Below, piece after piece: positions 33,563 through 40,186 of a DNA stretch of 40,186 nucleotides. This stretch comes from a virus. Taxonomy: Duplodnaviria; Heunggongvirae; Uroviricota; Caudoviricetes. The translations under genes and the position numbers were made by a program. Location of the stretch: the IMG/VR virus record IMGVR_UViG_2728369554_000009, positions 1 to 40,186 of that record. One strand, 5' to 3'. Position 1 is the first letter of the stretch, and each line of letters opens with the position of its first letter. The notes under the pieces were generated by a model, which made no database searches, had not been told where the DNA came from, and saw only the letters and a list, made by a program, of their open reading frames with translations.

Positions 33563-33577
33563 TTACCTGAAAGGTAA
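33563..33577. promoter_or_regulatory. Perfect operator in the divergent region between the mini-antirepressor and the tailspike gene
   Basis: ttacctgaaaggtaa, with the same spacer as the site at 13804. Confidence 0.55.
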
Positions 33578-33681
33578 TATCTATTCGTATTTACAGCCTT
33601 TCTATCCATATGTGGTTTTCCAGGTAATAGAATAACCAGATATGCGGCGCAACGGGTGCTGCGACTATCTGGAGATTTAAC

Positions 33682-36600
33682 ATGACGGTCTCAACCGAAG
33701 TTGACCACAACGAATACACCGGTAACGGCGTTACGACATCGTTTCCGTATACTTTTCGAATTTTCAGAAAATCAGACCTGGTTGTTCAGGTGTCTGACCT
33801 GAACGGAAACGTAACAGAATTGGTTCTGGATACCGGTTATACGGTAACTGGGGCGGGCACTTATAGTGGCGGTTCTGTGGTTCTTCCGTCTCCGCTTGCT
33901 ACTGGATGGCGAATTACGATAGATCGTGTGCTTGATGTAGTGCAGGAGACAGACCTTCGCAATCAGGGAAAATTTTTCCCCGAAGTGCATGAAGATGCCT
34001 TTGACTACCTGACGATGCTGATCCAGCAATGTTTTGGGTGGTTCAGACGTGCATTGATGAAACCATCTTTGCTTGCAAAATATTACGATGCAAAGCAAAA
34101 CAAAATTTCTAACCTTGCAGATCCATCATTTGAGCAGGACGCTGTAAATAATCGCTCAATGCGTAATTATGTCGATGCTGCAATCGCCGGGGTTGTTGGT
34201 GGTTTTGGTTGGTTTATTCAGTATGGTTCTGGGGCTGTGTACCGAACGTTCCAGGATAAAATGCGTGATGCTATTAGCCCCAAAGATTTTGGAGCTGTTG
34301 GTGATGGTATAAATGACGATTCCACTGCAATAAGCGCGTGCCTTGAAGCCTCATCTCCAGGTTATAAAATTGACGGATTAGGGCTTACTTTTAAAGTATC
34401 AACTCTTCCGGATGTCAGTCGATTTAAAAATGCTCGTTTTTTATTTGAGAGAATACCGGGCCAGCCTCTTTTTTATGCTTCTGAAGATTTTATCCAGGGA
34501 GAGTTATTTAAAATTACAGATACACCGTGGTACAACGCCTGGACGCAGGATAAAACGTTTGTATATGACAATGTCATCTATGCGCCTTTTATGGCTGGAG
34601 ACCGCCATGGTGTAAATAACCTCCATGTTGCATGGGTTCGCTCAGGAGATGACGGGAAGACCTGGACAACGCCGGAATGGCTTACAGATTTACATGAAAA
34701 CTATCCCACAGTTAACTATCACTGCATGAGTATGGGGGTTGTCAGAAATCGCCTTTTTGCTGTAATTGAGACGCGGACCGTGAGCGGAAATAAACTGCAG
34801 GTTGCAGAGTTGTGGGATCGCCCAATGAGTCGCAGCCTTCGCGTTTATGGTGGTATAACGAAAGCAGCAAATCAGCAAGTCGCTTATATTCGCATTACTG
34901 ATCACGGATTATTTGCTGGTGATTTTGTCAACTTCTCAAACTCTGGTGTTACAGGTGTTACCGGGAATATGACGGTGACTACTGTTATTGATAAAAATAC
35001 TTTTACAGTTACGACGCAAAATACCCAGGATGTGGATCAGAATAACGAGGGTAGATACTGGAGTTTTGGTACATCATTTCACTCGTCACCATGGAGAAAA
35101 ACCAGTCTTGGAACTATTCCTTCTTTTGTTGACGGAAGCACTCCTGTTACTGAGATTCACAGTTTTGCGACGATTAGCGATAACAGTTTTGCTGTTGGCT
35201 ACCATAATGGTGATATTGGTCCACGCGAGCTTGGGATACTCTATTTCTCTGATGCTTTCGGTTCTCCTGGTAGCTTTATTCGCAGACGCATACCTGCAGA
35301 ATATGAGGCGAATGCATCTGAGCCATGTGTAAAATATTATGATGGCATTCTGTATCTGACGACCAGGGGGACATTAAGTACTCAACCCGGTAGTTCATTG
35401 CACAGAAGCTCTGATTTAGGTACATCATGGAATTCTCTTCGCTTCCCAAATAATGTTCATCACTCAAACCTTCCTTTTGCCAAAGTTGGCGATGAGCTGA
35501 TTATTTTTGGCAGTGAGCGCGCATTTGGTGAGTGGGAAGGAGGAGAACCTGATAACCGTTATGCAGGAAATTATCCAAGAACATTTATGACCAGAGTTAA
35601 CGTCAATGAGTGGAGTCTGGATAATGTAGAGTGGGTTAATGTTACTGATCAGATTTATCAGGGCGGAATAGTTAACTCTGCGGTTGGTGTTGGTTCAGTT
35701 TGTATCAAAGACAACTGGCTGTACTACATTTTCGGTGGGGAAGACTTTCTAAACCCATGGAGCATAGGGGATAACAACAGAAAATATCCTTATGTTCACG
35801 ATGGTCACCCGGCTGATTTATATTGTTTCAGGGTGAAAATCAAACAGGAAGAATTTGTTTCAAGGGATTTTGTCTACGGAGCCACTCCTAACAGAACGCT
35901 TCCTACTTTTATGTCGACGTCAGGCGTGAGGACGGTTCCTGTACCCGTTGATTTCACAGATGATGTTGCCGTCCAGTCACTGACTGTCCATGCAGGTACA
36001 TCAGGACAAGTTCGCGCGGAAGTCAAACTTGAGGGTAATTACGCCATTATTGCGAAGAAAGTACCGTCTGATGATGTTACCGCTCAGAGATTAATCGTTA
36101 GCGGCGGTGAAACAACGTCTTCAGCAGATGGTGCAATGATAACGTTGCATGGTTCCGGAAGCAGTACTCCACGTCGCGCGGTATATAACGCACTCGAACA
36201 TCTTTTTGAGAACGGAGATGTTAAACCTTATCTTGATAATGTAAATGCTCTTGGTGGTCCGGGAAACAGGTTCTCGACAGTTTATCTTGGCTCCAATCCT
36301 GTGGTTACCAGTGACGGAACATTAAAGACAGAGCCGGTCTCTCCTGACGAAGCATTGCTGGATGCCTGGGGTGACGTCAGGTATATCGCTTATAAATGGC
36401 TGAACGCTGTCGCTATAAAGGGGGAAGAAGGGGCGAGGATACATCATGGTGTAATCGCGCAGCAACTTCGTGATGTTCTTATTTCTCACGGACTCATGGA
36501 AGAAGAAAGCACAACATGCCGCTATGCCTTTCTTTGCTATGACGATTATCCCGCAGTATATGATGACGTCATTACTGGCCAAAGGGAAATGCCGCTGACT

Positions 36601-36801
36601 GATAATGAAGGGAGCATCATTGTTGATGAGGATGATAATCCAGTGATGGTAATGGAAGACATCATTGAGCGCGTTGAAATAACGCCAGCAGGATCTAGAT
36701 GGGGGGTCAGACCTGATCTCTTATTCTATATCGAGGCAGCATGGCAGCGCAGAGAAATGGATAAGATAAAAGAGCGGATTCAGTCTCTGGAAGAACGTTA
36801 A
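33682..36801 (+). CDS. Tailspike: conserved N-terminal particle-binding domain, Asp-box (sialidase-like) central domain, and a C-terminal intramolecular chaperone (peptidase S74-type) domain
   Basis: 1039 aa. Asp-boxes are SGDDGKTW and SSDLGTSW. The GAVGDGINDDSTAI motif is present. The C-terminal VVTSDGTLKTE...HHGVIAQQL matches the S-D-x-x-x-K autocleavage region, with Ser877 at 36310-36312. Confidence 0.85.
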   Translation: MTVSTEVDHNEYTGNGVTTSFPYTFRIFRKSDLVVQVSDLNGNVTELVLDTGYTVTGAGTYSGGSVVLPSPLATGWRITIDRVLDVVQETDLRNQGKFFPEVHEDAFDYLTMLIQQCFGWFRRALMKPSLLAKYYDAKQNKISNLADPSFEQDAVNNRSMRNYVDAAIAGVVGGFGWFIQYGSGAVYRTFQDKMRDAISPKDFGAVGDGINDDSTAISACLEASSPGYKIDGLGLTFKVSTLPDVSRFKNARFLFERIPGQPLFYASEDFIQGELFKITDTPWYNAWTQDKTFVYDNVIYAPFMAGDRHGVNNLHVAWVRSGDDGKTWTTPEWLTDLHENYPTVNYHCMSMGVVRNRLFAVIETRTVSGNKLQVAELWDRPMSRSLRVYGGITKAANQQVAYIRITDHGLFAGDFVNFSNSGVTGVTGNMTVTTVIDKNTFTVTTQNTQDVDQNNEGRYWSFGTSFHSSPWRKTSLGTIPSFVDGSTPVTEIHSFATISDNSFAVGYHNGDIGPRELGILYFSDAFGSPGSFIRRRIPAEYEANASEPCVKYYDGILYLTTRGTLSTQPGSSLHRSSDLGTSWNSLRFPNNVHHSNLPFAKVGDELIIFGSERAFGEWEGGEPDNRYAGNYPRTFMTRVNVNEWSLDNVEWVNVTDQIYQGGIVNSAVGVGSVCIKDNWLYYIFGGEDFLNPWSIGDNNRKYPYVHDGHPADLYCFRVKIKQEEFVSRDFVYGATPNRTLPTFMSTSGVRTVPVPVDFTDDVAVQSLTVHAGTSGQVRAEVKLEGNYAIIAKKVPSDDVTAQRLIVSGGETTSSADGAMITLHGSGSSTPRRAVYNALEHLFENGDVKPYLDNVNALGGPGNRFSTVYLGSNPVVTSDGTLKTEPVSPDEALLDAWGDVRYIAYKWLNAVAIKGEEGARIHHGVIAQQLRDVLISHGLMEEESTTCRYAFLCYDDYPAVYDDVITGQREMPLTDNEGSIIVDEDDNPVMVMEDIIERVEITPAGSRWGVRPDLLFYIEAAWQRREMDKIKERIQSLEER

Positions 36802-36807
36802 AAAAAA

Positions 36808-36827
36808 GCCCGCAATATTTTGCGGGT
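36808..36827 (-). terminator. Hairpin after the tailspike gene whose T-run is on the minus strand
   Basis: gcccgcaa-tatt-ttgcgggt is preceded by A7-8 on the plus strand and followed by atcaaaaa. It is therefore a canonical terminator only for leftward transcription. Confidence 0.5.
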
Positions 36828-37107
36828 ATCAAAAACGGAGTTTGTGAAAAGTTATCTTTGAATTCTATCATGAATCAGTACGTATTTTAAATACATGTTC
36901 AGGTTTATTACACCATAGCATTATTAAATACAAAATTAAGTCTATGGTTCCTGTACAACTGCCCCCACTCTGCTGGCTCGTTCTGTAAAATCATTAGTAC
37001 TTTTATTGAGATATATGATATGGAACAATAATGATTTATATATGGTTTACTATGCGGGTTTAGTCATCAATAATTGACTGGCTTATAGATAGTAAACAGG
37101 AGAAAGT

Positions 37108-37512
37108 ATGTCTGCTCAAGTAACAAGTGAGCAATTAAATCAGTTGCTTAGTTTTAGTTCTCTTGCTGCGGTTATTGCAGGTGCCCCTCCGGAGGTTGCT
37201 TTAGGGGCTTTGGCTGGGGCGGTAATTTTTGTTACCTCTGCAGTAGAGTACCCCATCCGTCGCCGGGTGCTCCTGTCGATGCTCAGCTTTCTTTGCGGCC
37301 TTCTCTTTTACAAACCAGCAGCATCAATTCTTATCGGCATAGCCAGCCTGATCCCTACCATCACGCAGGACTCTTTTGAAAAAGGGATTGTTTTCTCTGC
37401 AGGCGCATTCGTGTCAGCAATTGTCGCTGTGCGTATTGGTATATGGCTCTATCACCGTTCCGATAATCCACGCGAGTTAATTCTGGGGAGAAAAGACGAT
37501 GGTAACGCATGA
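37108..37512 (+). CDS. Holin-like multi-pass membrane protein (134 aa)
   Basis: It has three or four hydrophobic segments and is the first gene of the lysis cassette. AGGAGAAAG Shine-Dalgarno. Confidence 0.55.
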   Translation: MSAQVTSEQLNQLLSFSSLAAVIAGAPPEVALGALAGAVIFVTSAVEYPIRRRVLLSMLSFLCGLLFYKPAASILIGIASLIPTITQDSFEKGIVFSAGAFVSAIVAVRIGIWLYHRSDNPRELILGRKDDGNA

Positions 37513-37807
37513 GTTTTTTTTGCTTATCACCAATGCAGTTATTTGCACTGGCATAGCAATTCGCGTTGTCACATTCCGGCGTAACGGCTCTCAACATCGA
37601 AGGTGGGGAGGATGGCTTGCTTATTTCCTGATTGTTGCTGCGGCCAGTATTCCTGTTCGAGTCGCCTATGCAATCTGGTTACGTACGCCAATGGCTGTGG
37701 ATTTATCTGAGGTCATTATCAACGCTGTCATGCTGGCTGCGGTTATTAAAACGCGCGGTAACGTCGTTCAAATTTTTAAAGTATCGAGGTCTAAACATGG
37801 AGATTAA
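37499..37807 (+). CDS. Holin or antiholin-like membrane protein (102 aa)
   Basis: It has three hydrophobic segments and overlaps both neighbouring genes. Confidence 0.6.
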   Translation: MVTHEFFLLITNAVICTGIAIRVVTFRRNGSQHRRWGGWLAYFLIVAAASIPVRVAYAIWLRTPMAVDLSEVIINAVMLAAVIKTRGNVVQIFKVSRSKHGD

Positions 37808-38426
37808 ACAATTCCAGCGAGCTGCTGGTATCAGCGAGGCACTGGCCGCACGCTGGTTCTCGCATATAACTTCTGCGATGAAAGAGTTTGGTATCAGCAA
37901 AGCAGAAGATCAGGCAATGTTTATTGCTCAAGTCGGGCATGAGTCTGGGGGCTTCACCAGGTTGCAGGAGAATTTCAACTACAGTGTCAGCGGACTGGCT
38001 AACTTCGTTCGGGCTGGGCGTCTCACTCAGGGGCAGGCTAATGCACTGGGGCGCCGTGCTGGTGAACCACCATTGCCACTTGAGCGCCAGCGCGTGATCG
38101 CAAATCTGGTATACAGCAAACGCATGGGGAACAATGCCCCTGGTGATGGCTGGAATTACCGAGGGCGCGGACTTATCCAGATTACCGGTTTGAATAACTA
38201 TCGTGATTGCGGAAACGGTCTGAAGGTTGACCTGCTGGAGAGCCCTGAACTGCTGGCGCAGGACGAATATGCGGCTCGTAGCGCGGCGTGGTTCTTCGCC
38301 AGCAAAGGATGCATGAAGTATACCGGCGATATTGCACGTGTAACTCTGATTATCAATGGTGGCCGGAACGGCATCGACGACCGGCGAGCGCGGTACATCA
38401 CTGCCAGTAAGGTGCTGGCGGTATGA
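37797..38426 (+). CDS. Endolysin, glycoside hydrolase family 19 (chitinase-like)
   Basis: The start was moved to [33 protein letters not shown] and [12 protein letters not shown] are GH19 lysozyme signatures. Confidence 0.85.
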   Translation: MEIKQFQRAAGISEALAARWFSHITSAMKEFGISKAEDQAMFIAQVGHESGGFTRLQENFNYSVSGLANFVRAGRLTQGQANALGRRAGEPPLPLERQRVIANLVYSKRMGNNAPGDGWNYRGRGLIQITGLNNYRDCGNGLKVDLLESPELLAQDEYAARSAAWFFASKGCMKYTGDIARVTLIINGGRNGIDDRRARYITASKVLAV

Positions 38427-38920
38427 TCTGGGCATTCGTAAAAGCATACTGGAAACAGTTGCTTATCGTGGCAGTGCTTGCTGTTCTGGTCATATCAGGA
38501 GTGGTTGCCTGGAATATACACGGCAGTCGCCAGTACGATGCCGGGTATGCTCAGGCGAAGGAAGATCAGAAACAGGCTGATGATAAGTTAAGGTCACAGC
38601 GTGAACAGGAGAAAACACAAATTGAACGTGAAGCACAATCCCGTATCGATGCGGCGCGTGCTGATGCTGAGTATGCTAATTCCGCTGCTGACAGCATGCG
38701 CGCCGAGCTTGACAAAACCAGGCGGCTCGCCGAACACTATACCGGATCTTTCCTCCCTGGCACGCCAGCCAGCAAGGTCATCGGTGTGCTCGCCGACATG
38801 CTTGAAGAAAGCAACCGAGTTTACAACGCAACAGCAGCTGAGGCTGAAAAGTATCGTATCGCAGGGGAATTCTGCGAGCAGCAATACGATTCACTGAAGA
38901 AGCAAAAATCGTGGCACTGA
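38423..38920 (+). CDS. Rz: i-spanin (Rz-like)
   Basis: An N-terminal transmembrane helix is followed by a charged coiled-coil. ATGA overlap with the endolysin gene. Confidence 0.75.
   Translation: MIWAFVKAYWKQLLIVAVLAVLVISGVVAWNIHGSRQYDAGYAQAKEDQKQADDKLRSQREQEKTQIEREAQSRIDAARADAEYANSAADSMRAELDKTRRLAEHYTGSFLPGTPASKVIGVLADMLEESNRVYNATAAEAEKYRIAGEFCEQQYDSLKKQKSWH
38649..38897 (+). CDS. Rz1: o-spanin (Rz1-like) nested in the +1 frame
   Basis: [17 protein letters not shown] lipobox, followed by a proline-rich mature region. It lies fully inside the Rz-like gene. Confidence 0.7.
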   Translation: MRRVLMLSMLIPLLTACAPSLTKPGGSPNTIPDLSSLARQPARSSVCSPTCLKKATEFTTQQQLRLKSIVSQGNSASSNTIH

Positions 38921-39010
38921 TTTCCGGTGACGGTATATAAAACGGTACGGGAAAAGTTGAGGTTTGTAAAAGTGTTATCACTCAATTGGTTATGGTTGTC
39001 GTAAATAATA

Positions 39011-39025
39011 GAGTGGGAATGATTT
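39011..39025 (+). other. attR-side remnant of the guaA 3-prime end (ata gag tgg gaa tga = IEWE*)
   Basis: GMP synthase ends ..TIEWE, from memory. Here only these codons remain, preceded by in-frame stops and followed by a host-type terminator. Confidence 0.5.
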
Positions 39026-39046
39026 GACCCTGCACTATGAATGAAC

Positions 39047-39077
39047 AAAACCCTCTGTTACTACAGAGGGTTTTTTT
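39047..39077. terminator. Bidirectional intrinsic terminator (host guaA/yfgI convergent terminator)
   Basis: aaaa-ccctctg-ttacta-cagaggg-ttttttt. Confidence 0.8.
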
Positions 39078-39115
39078 ATCCTAAAGAATTATAGGTTTGA
39101 AGTTACTAACATCGT

Positions 39116-39655
39116 TTAGTTAAACCAGCTATCTGATTTATTCTCTTCTGCTTTACCCACGCTTTTCATCAGATCGCGACCGCCTTCAGTCATATTTCTG
39201 TTTGCGTCAGCTTCAGATTGCACCACATCGGTTTGCGCAGCTTTGTGCTTCAGTTCCTGATCGATAAATTCGTTTTCGCGCTTGACGCGGGCTTCTTCTT
39301 TCGCCAGCGCCAGTTTTTGTTTCTGAATCTCTAAGCTACGTAGCTCATCTTCATAACTTTGATCGCGTTTTTTGTCCGCAGTGGCTTCGGCGTCCAGTTT
39401 ATCCTGACGAGCTTTCTTATTCGCTGCTGCCGTTGCCGCTCTTTTATTAGCCGCGGCCTGGGCGTTTGCGCGACGTTGCTTCTCTTGCTGGATTTCCCTG
39501 TTGCGCTCCGCGACCCATTCGTCATGCTGCCTTTGCTCTTCATTTTTACCTTGCTGTTCCGCTTCTGCGACAGCCGAGAGTTGATCCTGCAATGATGAGG
39601 CGATAGCCGGATAGCTTAAGGAGGCTAAGATGGCGCAAAGAAAAACTTTCTTCAT
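39116..39655 (-). CDS. yfgI: Secreted Q/K/A/E-rich coiled-coil protein, YfgI-like host gene
   Basis: 179 aa with the signal peptide MKKVFLCAILASLSYPAIA. The sequence and its pairing with the upstream lipoprotein gene match my recollection of E. coli yfgH-yfgI. Confidence 0.6.
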   Translation of the reverse strand: MKKVFLCAILASLSYPAIASSLQDQLSAVAEAEQQGKNEEQRQHDEWVAERNREIQQEKQRRANAQAAANKRAATAAANKKARQDKLDAEATADKKRDQSYEDELRSLEIQKQKLALAKEEARVKRENEFIDQELKHKAAQTDVVQSEADANRNMTEGGRDLMKSVGKAEENKSDSWFN

Positions 39656-39670
39656 GACTCCTCCTGATTA

Positions 39671-40186
39671 TTAGCTCTTTTCAGGACATTTGGTATTTGG
39701 CTGAATACGCGTTTCGTTATACGTCGTGGTAATAACAACGGCTAAACCTGTCGTAAACTGGCACTCTTTACCCACCTGGGTGGAGGTATACACTTTGGTG
39801 CCTTCCTTATATGTTAAAGAAACACCTTCCACTAAGGTTTTATCATTCACCATAGAACCCGCTGCCGCGCCTACAGCTCCGCCGCCAACTGCACCTGCCG
39901 TCGTTCCGGAATTGCTGCCAGACCCGACGTTGTGGCCGATAACACCGCCAGCGACAGCGCCAATAAGCGCGCCGAAGGCTTGTGCGTTCCGTTTATTTTG
40001 GGCGTTGTCTACGGCAACTTTTGCGGGAAGAATGGAAATAATATTAACGGTTTTAGTTTCTTGTTTGGTATTCAGTTGATCGGTTTGATAAACATCGGCG
40101 GCATGATCATCAGCATTTGACTGGCATCCTGCCAGAGTGAATGACGCTAACATTGCCACAGGCAGAAGACATTTTTTAAATTTCAT
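39671..40186 (-). CDS. yfgH: Glycine-zipper outer-membrane lipoprotein, YfgH-like host gene
   Basis: 171 aa with an LAGC lipobox and the glycine zipper GALIGAVAGGVIGHNVGSG..GAVGGGAVGAAAG. Confidence 0.6.
   Translation of the reverse strand: MKFKKCLLPVAMLASFTLAGCQSNADDHAADVYQTDQLNTKQETKTVNIISILPAKVAVDNAQNKRNAQAFGALIGAVAGGVIGHNVGSGSNSGTTAGAVGGGAVGAAAGSMVNDKTLVEGVSLTYKEGTKVYTSTQVGKECQFTTGLAVVITTTYNETRIQPNTKCPEKS

Larger units (their letters stand above)
1..39025. mobile_element. Integrated temperate prophage with a T7/epsilon15-like podovirus virion module. The left attachment site lies beyond the window; the right end is at the attR-like junction near 39.0 kb.
   Basis: Continuous phage gene order from integrase to lysis cassette. 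Host-type genes appear only after about 39.1 kb. A guaA-like 3-prime remnant sits at 39011-39025. Confidence 0.85.

Noticed and set aside
37632-37796. N-terminal extension of the endolysin ORF (264-aa version)
   Set aside because: The extension overlaps the holin-like gene in another frame. The GH19 domain begins at the ATG at 37797.

Overview
The window is almost entirely one integrated temperate prophage of about 39 kb in an Escherichia-like chromosome. It starts at the GTG of a P4-type tyrosine integrase. It ends at an attR-like junction near 39.01-39.08 kb that keeps what reads as the last codons of guaA (..IEWE*) plus a bidirectional terminator. Two host genes that look like yfgI and yfgH follow. 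Gene order: int; a leftward early operon (AlpA-type xis, RecT-type annealase, RecE-type exonuclease, MT-A70-type methylase, small ORFs); an immunity switch (two-HTH repressor with no peptidase domain, Cro-like gene); a replication module (O-like initiator with in-gene iterons, lambda-P-like loader); a nin-like region; TerS and TerL; an inserted reverse-strand cassette; then portal, scaffold, capsid, decoration protein, T7-like adaptor, nozzle and ejection proteins; a 4.8-kb accessory island; a 1039-aa tailspike; and a lysis cassette (two holin-like proteins, GH19 endolysin, nested spanins). The most unusual part is the accessory island at 28.9-33.6 kb. It is organised as a large palindrome. 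Two convergent antirepressor genes share a roughly 97% identical C-terminal module. Each is preceded by the same ~260-nt structured leader/sRNA, and the two copies differ by compensatory substitutions. Between them sit an AT-rich two-gene toxin-antitoxin-like operon (YafO-like protein plus an unrelated partner) and a small secreted peptide gene. Beside them are a third, LexA-boxed mini-antirepressor and a membrane-anchored orphan gene. A 15-bp palindrome, TTACC-N5-GGTAA, occurs 11 times perfectly and always in intergenic DNA, suggesting one regulator wired to nearly every transcription unit. A second 12-bp palindrome, GTGACATGTCAC, marks three module junctions. All functional calls come from reading the translations and remembered family motifs. 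No database search was possible.
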